Shown here piece by piece: positions 53,301 through 64,000 of a stretch of 64,000 bases of DNA; position 1 is the stretch's first letter; each line of letters begins with the position of its first letter. The position numbers were made by a program, and so were the translations under genes. The notes below the pieces were generated by a model. That model had not been told where the DNA came from. It worked only from the letters and a program-made list of their open reading frames with translations, and searched no databases. Location: the NCBI GenBank assembly GCA_053919585.1, contig CM132785.1. One strand, 5' to 3'. This DNA comes from Euprymna scolopes. Lineage: Eukaryota.

Positions 53301-54459
53301 ATAGAAGAACATATTTTTATAAACCACCATGATTTAAACTGAATTATACGTACACTAATATATCCTTGAATATATGTTTCAATTATTTTAATACTTATTG
53401 TTTATGATACTTTCTTCATAATATCTATATTGATTCCGTTTTAAAACATTACATTTCTAGAATTGACATATAGTGCTGTTTACAAAGGTTGTATAATGTA
53501 TTCTTTCGAAAAACAAAACAAGATCAAACATTGCCCAATTCAGTAAAACTATCATAGATATACTCAGTGTTACATCCTCCTTTCTAAATATTCCAGGAAA
53601 TCCGTTTATCAATAGGGTCATTGATAGAAGAATGTGCTAGACAACATTTCGACCTCGGTTGCTATAAAATATTAATAACATGTAAGTTATCACGATTTAA
53701 ACTTAGAAATGTTGTCATTAAGCTTAAAAGGGGGTTACGTAAATTATCGGTGCATTTAAACAGAGTTCGCATGACAATGCCTAACTAGAGAAAGGTAGAG
53801 CCGACACTATTGGTTAAAAAAAACTCCCTCTATTTCTTTTCGAAAACAATATATGTGAATCGACAATTAAAATCGCAAACTCAAACATGAAGCAGTTGAT
53901 GTAATGCAAATGTAACAATCACGCTAAAGGCGACTCATTCGAGCAATTACGTAATTTGTCTTCTTTTTTCTACGTTACCAATTGCTTGTTGATAACGGAG
54001 TCCCAAAATCGTTCAACAGGTGTGGACAGGGCGGGACCTTAACAGCAACTGACTGACTGCCTGGTTGTCTGACTGACTGAGTGACTGACTGAATTATGTC
54101 CTAAATAATGGTGTGTTTTATATTTGGAGATAGACTTTGTAAGTAATTTTTTATCTAACCTAATTTGCCATTGGTCATCTCTTAATTTGAATGCCCTGCT
54201 GTTAACTATTTTGGGGCGCGACAATGAATGGTAACACCTCGTTATCAGTATAATGTATGTTACATTTGTGTAATCGCTTTNNNNNNNNNNNNNNNNNNNN
54301 NNNNNNNNNNNNNNNNNNNNNNNNNNNNNNNNNNNNNNNNNNNNNNNNNNNNNNNNNNNNNNNNNNNNNNNNNNNNNNNNNNNNNNNNNNNNNNNNNNNN
54401 NNNNNNNNNNNNNNNNNNNNNNNNNNNNNNNNNNNNNNNNTCTAAGTAATCAAACTGTA

Positions 54460-54464
<5 letters not shown>

Positions 54465-54512
<48 letters not shown>

Positions 54513-54548
54513 TTGTGCGTGTGTCTGTGTCTGTGTGTGTCTGTGTGT
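54465..54548. repeat. Compound (TA)n(TG)n microsatellite
   Basis: Directly visible. Confidence 0.93.
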
Positions 54549-56146
54549 AACTACATAGGTTTAATGAAATACGTTTAGAAGCACTTAAGTAAGAGTTAAA
54601 AACTATGTATTTTTCGGAAAGGAAACAGAAATAGGAATAGAAACTCCTTAATCCTCGGAGTTTCGAATACATTATTTCCTTCTCCTCAGAAAGGAGGAGT
54701 TAGCAAAATGCGTAAAGACAGTTTGCTTGTAAAGTATTTAAGGAAACTTAGTATAAAAAAATTACACTTGCATAAAAATGATATATAGAACAATGGAACA
54801 GATGGAATCGGTAAAAAGGAAAAATGGTTCTACGTGAGAGGGTGCATTCATTTCTGTGTAGATATGTATGGATAAAATTGCACGCAGAAAAAATCCAGTC
54901 TCTGAATTGAACCAAAGAGAAAGCGATTTTAACAATAAATAGAGATAATTAGCACAAATTGAGGTGAATTAATTCAAAGTTAAGGGAGAACATTAACGCA
55001 ATAATACAGGTAATTCAACGCTGTGGAGGTATGAAGAGTGATGATCTGGTTATCCTGAAAACTTATTGTTGTAAAAATAGTAATTATGGCAGTGGGAGTC
55101 GGCGAATGGAATACGTCAGTGGATACGGTTTGGTAGGACGATGGGCAGAGTTAACGCGGTTGAAGCAAATGTGTTTTAGAAAAAATAAGGTTGTAACTTA
55201 TTGTGAGAAAGAATTTATCTGGAAAATGAGGGAGTTTTATTGAATGTTTAAGTGGATTTTAGGAGAGTAGAAAAGATTAAATGAGAATAATAGGAAGAAG
55301 AGTACGACAAGCGTCCGCAGATGCTGTCATAGTGCAACCAATAAGGTACAAAAAATTTAAAAAATAAGCACTACCTCTCGTACAGATGTATATATACCTA
55401 TGCATAAGCACACTCAAACGCACACATGAATACAATCATTAGAACGGATATATACGTCATAGTACATATGCCAACATATAAATATACACAGAAAGAAAAT
55501 AACTGTACACATGCATAAACATTCTAGCAGCGTCCGCGAGAGGGGGATGGCCATCCGATAGGGGGGTGTCAGAGAACAGGAAATATATAAATTGATGGGA
55601 TAATAAAAAAGGATGAGGAAGTTGAAAGAAGAGAGCTGTAATAGAGGGAATGGGATTTTAAGGGGATTATTTAAAATGAAGTAATATAGAATTGAACATA
55701 ATTACATTTAGTTTTATCTCTGCAAAAAGGAGACTGGTTAATTTTAGAGTTTATCATATAATTGCTTTGGACAGCGAAATAATTATTGTTGTAGCTTTAG
55801 AGGTTACATGACTTAGAGCCAATGGTGTAAGACATGCCTGTTTTTAGGATAGTCTATTAAATTGAAAAATGAGTTTTATTAGATTTAAGTTTTTAGGGAA
55901 TTCCCTTGTTTAATATTATCAGATCTATTATAAAACGAAGAAGTCAAGTTAACAAATTTGGTGTTTATTAGAATAAGGTTGCGCCGAAATAAGTGTGCAT
56001 TTTATGAGATGCTCGGTGCCTATTGTTGGTTTGTTGATTTGTATTGAGGTTAGAGGTAAGGGATAGTTTTTATTAAGTTCATTGAACTGAGTCGGATAAA
56101 TACGCGAAAAAGTGTTGCGTAGGGGTGTATCAGTGTTAAGATAATC

Positions 56147-56151
<5 letters not shown>

Positions 56152-56208
<57 letters not shown>
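56152..56208. repeat. (TTA)n microsatellite
   Basis: Pure trinucleotide run. Confidence 0.95.
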
Positions 56209-56209
<1 letters not shown>

Positions 56210-56321
56210 GGGGTAATTTGTCGGCTAAGTTTTATTGGGTTCTATTAGACGGATGATAGAGAGGGGGAGAAGTTGTCGACAGCATATTTAAAGTGTAGCT
56301 CTGTTATTGTGCAAGAATATA

Positions 56322-57596
56322 CGAGGGGCGTGCAGTAAGTAATGCCCCTGCCCCACTTCCAGTTGTCTGATCCAGCTGAAATTTTGCATGTGCAATGATC
56401 TATATGTCTACGGGTTATGTGGGCAAATTACAGCAAGTTGAACTAATTGTGGTTTCTGTTTTACAGGTGTTTGAACTGAATCAGGTGTGACATGGACCCA
56501 GTTGGATGTCTAGCAGTGACCCGCTTTTTGTATTTGAAAGGGCGCACACCACAGGAAACTTTTGATGAAATGAAAGAAACTTATGGTGATAATGCCCCAT
56601 CAACGCTGTAAAACGCTGGTATCGTGAATTAAAATATGGCCGGAAGTCGGTGGAAACAGCTCCCAGACCTGGTTATCCCCCTTCTGCGATTGATGAGGTA
56701 TCTATCCGTCAAGTTGAGTCTGCCATTTTGGAAGATCGGCGCATTACTATTCGCCAAATAGCACATGATGTCAAGATTAGTACAGGGTCTGTGCAAACTA
56801 TCATTCATGACCATTTGCATATGCATAAGGTACCTGCCAGATGGATTCCCAGGTTGCTCACACCATTCCAGAAGCGAGACACATCAAGTGCTCGAGGATT
56901 AATTTGGAGATATGCCAAGAAGATGAATCAAGGTTTTTCAAAAGACTGATTACACAGGATGAAACCTGAGCCCATCACTATGATCCAAAGCCCAAAGCCC
57001 AATCAATGCAGTTGAAGCGCTTGGACTCACTCCTCCAAAGAAGGCAAGGGTGCAGCCCTCCGCTGGCAAGGTCATGTTCACAGGCTTCTGGGACCAAGAC
57101 GGAGTAGTGATGAAAGATTTCCTGGCAAAGGAGATTATTATGCTTCACTTTTGAGGAAATTAAGGGAAGCTATCAAAATCAAGAGGCGGGGCAAGATCAG
57201 CAAAGGTACCCTTCTCCTGTAACACAACGCTCTGGTCCACAACTCGCATGTCGCCAGATCAGACGCACGGGCGTGTGGTTATGAAATTATTCCCCATCCT
57301 CCCTACTCTCCTGACCTTTCACCCTCTGACTTTCTCTTCTTCCAAGCCATGAAGTTGTTTTTGAAAGGAAAGTCCCTCCCAGATGATGCAGCCTTTATTT
57401 CTGAAGTCACGTCGTGGCTGGAGGACCAACCTGGGGGTGTTCTACAAAAACGATCTCCAGACTTGAATTAAACGATGGGAGAAATATATAACTCTGGGTG
57501 CTTCCTATGTAAGGACAGACTAATAACTGTGCCAAGTGTCGTTGCTCTACTGCTATGGGAAGTGGTTCACGTGCATTACTTATTGCACGCCCCTCG
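56322..57596 (+). mobile_element. Full-length mariner transposon (1275 bp), inactive
   Basis: TA|CGAGGGGCGTGCAGTAAGTAATGC at the left and GCATTACTTATTGCACGCCCCTCG|TA at the right: a 24-bp TIR with 1 mismatch and TA TSDs. The size is typical for mariner. Confidence 0.96.
56492..57523 (+). pseudogene. Mariner (D,D34D) transposase pseudogene
   Basis: Starts MDPVGCLAVTRFLYLKG. Motifs ARWIPRLLT (WVPHEL-type), ITQDET*AHHYDP, LL*HNA and HPPYSPDLSPSDF are present, with several stops and frameshifts. Confidence 0.94.
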
Positions 57597-58964
57597 TATT
57601 ATATCCCTATGAAGTCAGTTACTGTTTAGTGGTAATTTTGTAAAGCTTCATTGTAAAAGAGAAAATAGATTTGTCAGGCTAATGTTATTTTTAATTGTTA
57701 GATTTTCTAAATAACGTACATAGTAATAATAGGAAAAAGATATTGATTTTTTTTATTAAAAAATGGAACTATTTAGATGTGGGTACTTGTAAAATGTTTG
57801 TACAATGTTAAATAATTCTTTAGATATATTAGTTTTAAAATTTGAGCAAAATGGGAGATTAAAAAGGGGATATGTTTTTTGTTTCTCCTACGGCGGTTTA
57901 CTAGGCTGAGAGTGTTAAAACTAAAATGTTGATTCGAATTGTATTGGTTGCGAGGTCAATTGTTATTTATTGAGATAGATCGTGTATTGTAGCTGTTTTT
58001 GCGAATCATGTTGTGAATATTCACGGAAGTCAGGTTGACTAGAGATAAGGCTGAGGCAGATATATTTTATTTTTTCTTCTATCCTTAATTTTTAGAGCAA
58101 CGTTCAGGAGGGTAGTATTTAGGTTAAGGTTTGTTTTTGTTGGCGGAGAGAGCATAAAGTATTTTCTATGACTGATGGTATTATGGATTTTATAATGCAG
58201 TCATGTGGTTAGAGGACTTATAAACTTATAATAGTGTAAGGCAGGATTTACGGTAGGGTTATATGTCTCATTGTTAAAATGTAATGCAATATCTAAAACA
58301 TTAGAAGTTTTTTAATAGGTTCGATAATGATGGAGAGGCTGAAGTTATTAAAGAGACCATGCACTTTTTAATTGTATTTTTATATTCTGAAGGCGTGGCT
58401 TTGGTGGTAAATAGGTAATCGTCTTTATATAACCCCCTATTGGACATGACTAAATTAATGTTGGGGTACTTTCAGTAAGAAGAGTCATACTAAATCTGTC
58501 ACCCATGCTGAGTAAGAAAGCTAATGAAAACATCAAACTTATTTGGGGTGTCTTTTCTGGCCCAGAACTTATTTTTAAATTTTGGTGGGTATTTATTAAC
58601 TAGGAGGATTGGTTTACTTTCCGAATTTCTCAAATCAGAATTCATTTTGGCAAGGATAAAATATTTAAGTAAGAGGATAAGAGAAATAAATTGATAAAAA
58701 TTGAATCTATCGAAACTTATGAAGTTGAGTATATGTTTGTTTTTAAGGGGAAAGAACCAATTAATTATGGAATAAGAATTTGCGTTAGAGACAGATAGTA
58801 TAGATGATTCTCTCCACGTTAACTTTGCTTTCGGCACCCAAATCCGAGCTAAATGGGCAGATAAATCTAACGGTAGGGTCGTCATAAAAAAAAACGATTC
58901 ATGGGTTATGAGGGTATATCTAGATGTTCCTGCAGAAATTATTTCAGCGAAGTCGTGGGTGGTC

Positions 58965-58985
58965 GGGTTAGGGTTAGGGTTAGGG
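58965..58985 (+). repeat. Short interstitial (TTAGGG)3 tract
   Basis: GGGTTAGGGTTAGGGTTAGGG. Confidence 0.8.
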
Positions 58986-59705
58986 TGAGCTGATTAAGTA
59001 TTTTGTCTTCGAATTAATGGAACCTAATCAACTGAAGGGGACTATTTCGTTAGATGTATTGTGTTCTTTATAGATGATCATTTTTTTATATGTAGGTATT
59101 GTATAGTTTATACTACCTTTTAGTTTTATCAGCAGGGAAAATATGTTTATTTTTCTAACATTATCAGAAAAATTGATAATTTTTCAGGTGACTAGATTAC
59201 ATTGCTATTTATTCTTCTTAAATTATATTTTCTTTACCAAATTTTATATGGGGTTCGATGACTATTAAAAGTGGGGTTTCTGATAGTGATGACAGTGGAT
59301 TGTTGTCCGTAAAATTGGGCAGCAGATCTTTATATCTCCTTCTGTGCATTATAAGAGTAAGCTGGGATTTAATTCTGCGTGAGATAAAGCATCAGCTGAG
59401 ATTTATGGATTTATTCTTGTTTAGAAGAGACGAATATATTTTTTAGAGTGCAGAGGAGTGTGCTTCTTTTCGAAAATATCTGAGTAAGACAAAAATAAAA
59501 GAACACTCAACCAGGATAATTAAAAGTGGTAGTACAATTACGTTTACAAGGTGACTCGATTCAGAAAACTTTTAAGTAGTATAGATATATTTTTTTTAAT
59601 TATATATATATGAATATGGTTTTAATTATGTACGTATATTTATATATATATTATAATTATTATAATTTTTTAATTATTGTAAAGTTTTAATTATATATAT
59701 TATTG

Positions 59706-62700
59706 TTAATGTGGTGTTGTGTTAGTTGCAATGTCAAGTACTTCTTGCCGATGGCGATCATCTAGTTGTCTGCTCTTAAGATCGAGTTCGATCGTTTTCC
59801 AAATTGTACCATTTACTCTCTCACATTGTCCATAGGCGATTGGATGGTATGGAGTTGAATGGGTAATCACAACTCCATGTTGCAAGAGAATCTCCTTTAA
59901 TTCACCTGAAATGAACTGACTTCCTCGATCGCTGCGGATGGTATCTGGGACATGAAAGAATGCAAATGAATTCTGGAGACACCTTACGACAGATTTTGTT
60001 GAAATATCCTGGGATGGATAGACAAAGGAATAACGTGAATATTCATCTACAAGAACGAGTAGGTATTTGCAATTATTTGTAGGTGGTTTTGGACACATAA
60101 AATCTATTGAAAGGGTTATCGGAAAATGGTTTAAACGACCTGAGGGAGGTTTTAATAATCCAGGTTTTAGTTCAGCACATATTTAATATTCATCGCAGAA
60201 AGGTTTAACATTTTCCATAGAAGATGGTATATTTATCTGTCTGACAAAATGAGTCAGACTTAGTATTCCTGGATGATAATGAGCACAAAGTAGAGAGCAT
60301 GAACGAGAAAGAGTATCCGCTATTAAGGGAACCTGTTCTACATACTATACCATAAGAACAACTGTAAAGTTCAAGTCTATATCAATGTATTTGATCATTT
60401 TTAATGCGGTCTGGTGTATAAGTGTTGAATATCTATATGTATCGACCTGTTAGTCAGTAATGATTGTAAAAGGTCGGATGAGTAGAGATTATGCTATTTA
60501 CGCAAAGATTTGACAATGGTATCTACTTCACGTTTACTGAGTGTTGACTATCCGACTGCGTCAGGTTCCTGGAAAATAGGCTACTTTACGTCCATTTGGA
60601 GAAAGGTAGACTACTAATGATGTCCCAGAAGCATCCGTTTATATTGTGAATGGAACTTCATCCTCAATAGCTGCAAATGAAGCCTTACAAATTTAATGTT
60701 TTATTGCCTGAAATTTATTTTGGAGTTTTTCAGTAACAGGAAATGGTGTAATGTTTAACAAAGGTGAAATTCGATCGGAGAAATTCTCTATCCATCGTGA
60801 ATAGTATGACAAGACACCTAAGGCTTATTTGAGTGACTAGCTACAGTTCAGAATTGGTAATTCTTTTAGGCGTGCTTTTAGAGTTTATCTGGATCAGTAC
60901 CGACTGTTCCCTTTTCCAATAGGTACCCTAAAAACTTAAGATTCGTTATACCATATTCACATTTTTCAGGGTTCAGTTTCAGATGAAAACGATTGAGAAC
61001 TTTTTCAAAGGTGTTCATATTTTAGACAAATTCATTATAAGCTTTTCCGCGAATGACACTCTCATCTATTTAGGCAAACATACATTTGAGTTCACGTTCT
61101 TTGATTATAATGTGAATAATGCGTTGGAATACTACTATCATGTTTATTAATCCAAAAGGTAACCAATAACAATCGTATAGCCCCCCCGTCGGCTCCGTAT
61201 GTTGTATAGATTCTTTTTTTCTTTAAGAATACGGTACTGATAATACGCAGACTTAAAATTTAATTCATTAAAAAATTTATATTGTGATAGTTGGTGTATA
61301 ACATTTGAGATTTTTGGGAGCGGAAAAGCATCAAGAAATGTATATCGATTAATAGTGGCAGATAACTCAATGACCATGCGACGCTTATGTATTCCATTGT
61401 AGGTTACCAAGATTTGGGTTCTTGATGGGGATTTTAAATTTAGTTATAATTCCTTCTTTTAAAATCATCTTTTTGCAATTGGTTTACAGTTATTTTATAT
61501 ATGGACAAAAAGAACTGGTTGTCTCTATTTACATCTGTGCGAGTTTATGCATTTTAAGGGAGGTATCCCTCCATAAAAGGGATTCTACACGTTTATATAG
61601 CTGCATGGATTCTTGTCTAAGTATAATACGAATACACAGTTTAAGTAGAATAGAAGATCACCTTGCGTTTTGCTTGTGAAGTTTTAGGAAACAATACTTA
61701 CTGTATCAAGGAAGGTAGTATACGAGGCCGAGTTATCTCACAACGTTCATTTTTATATATATTCTGTTGTCTATCATAGCTTACAGATAAGTGCTGCTTA
61801 TTGTTGCCTTTACAATATAGTATTGTGAGCGAGGTGGGCATCGGGATGAGGGAGTGATAGCAATATAAGCAGAGATAGTTCTCATTATGGGGTTTCGTTT
61901 TTCTTTTTCGACTGGCAGACTTCAGAGAAGTCATCTCTCTTTCCACATGTGAGTCAGCATTCATAGCAGGACAAGAGATTCAAGAATGCTTTTCATGCCC
62001 AGAGAATCGGCATGTAGCATAGTGCACTGCTTGATTAGTTCTACAAAAAGCAACACATTCTGTAGTTAATTCAGACGTAGACGTTTTAAAGATTCTTCTG
62101 GATACATTGATACTTTTGCTACAAAGATGAAGAGTCATAAGCCGCTGCATTGTATTGTTCAATTTCGCGAATTATTGCAATAATTACAGCATTATCCAAA
62201 TTAAATTCACATCTCACGTATCGTTGTGAAAGTGAGGCCTGTAATACAGGAATCCCATATAGCTATCTCAGCATGCTGAGACGCAGTAACGTCTGCACAC
62301 CCCTCTGCTAACATCCACATCTGTGGTGACTTCAACGTCCATAACGTGGAATGGCTGACCAACACAAATAAGACGAAAATTGAGGGGAGGTTCTGTCATG
62401 ATTTTTCCATTGCTTGTGACCTCACTCAGATTGTTCGCGAACCCACCCGTGTGCCCGATACTACAGGTCAATATGCAAGCCCCCTAGACCTTTTTCTCTC
62501 AACTTCCCATGAGTTATGTTCATGTTCCGTTCTTTCTCCTCTAGGATCCTCCGACCACTCCGTCGTATCAGTTAAGAATAAAATGAAATATAATGTCCCC
62601 ATACGTACCCCTCAACGGTACTGCATACCGATACTTCATGACTGACTGGGATAGCTTCCGTACATTTATACTTGATCTACCTCTGCATTCCATGTTTAAA

Positions 62701-63602
62701 AATGGTATGTCCCATATAGTATCATACCTGACCGAATGGTTAATCGTAGGCATAGACCGATTCATACCATCCAAAAAATTCCAACAAAAACCTACCAGCC
62801 AGCCATGGTTCTCCCACAGAAGAGACGTTGCAAGCCTATCTTTGTTTTATCGTTATTTATATGGCAGGTGCTCACCTGAACTCCAATCTCTGTCCCCTCG
62901 CCAATCTTTTACAAAAAAACACCCGTCTAGCTCAATCCACTGTTAAAAACTTTTCCCACTCTTTATCTATGCCTAAATAAAAACGTAGACTCCAGGAGCA
63001 AAGATTCTTTCCTAGAACTGCACGCCTGTTAAACTCTTATCCGTCTGCCTGCTTCCCCCCTGCCTTAACTTGGATGTCTTCAAGTCCAACGTAAACAAAT
63101 TCCTGATGAACCGCCCGCTTAAATAGACACTCTAAAATATCCACACTAACGTACTGTACTTACAATAACCCTTATCCGTGAGTGGCTTCCGGATCTATAT
63201 AAGTGGTGGCCACCTTGTAAAAAAACAAAACAAAAAACCCGTCTTCGAACTTAAAATCTTTGGAAGGATTGTTTAAAGTTAAGAAGAACTGATTAATTGA
63301 TTCGCCTGGTTGCTGGTTTTTAGTAGCGAGTAGATTACGAGCAAAAGAAGAAGTAACTGGTTTTGTGTAAATAGATATAAAATACTAATAGCTTTCTCGA
63401 ATGTTATAGATTTTTATACCAGGGAATAGACTTTGGGCGATATATAATCAATAAGTATACTAAGCTTATTCGGAGGATTTGCACGATGAACGGCTGTCAG
63501 ATAGTCGATACAATTGACGAGGGTACGATACCAGTGGTTCCATTCGCCACCGGTTGTTTCCGACGATCCTTCAAATTTACTAGTTCTTACAATCGTATCC
63601 AT
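59706..63602 (-). mobile_element. Ty3/Gypsy LTR retrotransposon internal region (gag-PR-RT-RH-IN), degenerate; LTRs not identified
   Basis: gag MDTIVRTSKFE...EWNHWYRT (63414-63602) and AIWDSCITGL. RT DAFPLPKI...KSAYYQ and LPFGL (61147-61410). RNase H TDASG near 60635. Integrase HPGI...CAELKP, VDEYSRY, IRSDRGSQF and TPYHP..GQCERVN (59706-60098). Domain order is Gypsy-type. Confidence 0.93.
62295..63239 (+). mobile_element. CR1-group LINE family A, internally deleted copy inserted into Gypsy gag, with TSD
   Basis: The endonuclease C-terminal half (ICGDFNVHNVEWL, LTQIVREPTRVP, LDLFL, PLGSSDH) is fused at QPWFS|HRRDVASL to the RT 3' end, tail and A-rich end. CGTCT is duplicated at 62290-62294 and 63240-63244, and the gag frame (KFED|VTASQH) rejoins across it. 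Confidence 0.92.
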
Positions 63603-64000
63603 TGTTATTAGTGTTTGTATATGTTGAATAAATTGTAATAAAAAATAACAGCCATTTGCGTATTTAGAAAGATTTTCCTTTTTATAAGATCAAGAATGTA
63701 AAAGTATTGTGCAAAAAACGATTGGACATGAGGACATTTTAACCTGAGTCCTCTGATATCACTAGAAGAAACGTATTAAGAAAGGTATTTTATTTCTTGG
63801 TTTTTAGAAGCCAAGATGAAATAAGTAACAAATGAAAAGGCGATAAAGGTAGAATTACTTCAAAGTAAATATAGTTAAACATTCAATGTCCTGGACTTCC
63901 AACAGGATAATAAAAAAGCAATCCCTTAAAATTACTAATTGACAAGAAAATGTCACTAAGCTGGCGTAGAAAGTCTACCTATGGACGGTTAATGTAGCTA

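Larger units (their letters stand above)
55700..58900 (-). mobile_element. Very old, degenerate LINE-like remnant hosting the mariner
   Basis: Strong strand skew (T/G-rich on the plus strand). Faint minus-strand echoes of EN (ILLVNKYPP) and RT (TLFRVFI, AHLF) motifs occur in LINE order, but no intact motif remains. Confidence 0.3.

Noticed and set aside
54002-54216. Possible MITE with CCCAAAAT.GTT.ACAG inverted ends
   Set aside because: The match is short and imperfect with no clear TSD.
63603-64000. 5' LTR and primer-binding site of the Gypsy element
   Set aside because: No TGG-type PBS, and no second LTR copy to confirm the boundaries.

Overview
This is AT-rich eukaryotic (metazoan, invertebrate-like) draft-assembly DNA, not prokaryotic: there are no operons, rRNA/tRNA genes or CRISPR arrays. 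It has eight N-gaps (1641-1798, 9067-9382, 25109-25473, 26777-26912, 30896-31054, 35803-36006, 44012-44143, 54281-54440). Most recognisable content is decayed transposable elements. These include a Tc1 5' remnant, a full-length dead mariner with TIRs, and two TA-flanked MITEs. There is also an internally deleted Helitron carrying Pif1-helicase motifs, plus a non-autonomous Helitron family with a head-to-tail array. Two CR1-group LINE families are present in at least seven pieces, along with RTE and Penelope remnants and a Gypsy LTR element interrupted by a LINE. Mini- and microsatellites are frequent. Most ORFs in the supplied track are chance frames. The best candidate for host function is three small minus-strand exons with canonical splice signals (50397-50248, 38136-38111, 19993-19941). 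They splice in frame to a 35-aa peptide, MHAPNFGPTYEIVTEGSPLEQPKTMTDYRIKCARI, spread over about 30 kb. This could be a micropeptide gene, or a spliced uORF overlapping a downstream start (MRTDLN...). It is a by-eye prediction that needs RNA evidence. All alignments were done by eye, so boundaries of degenerate elements are approximate.
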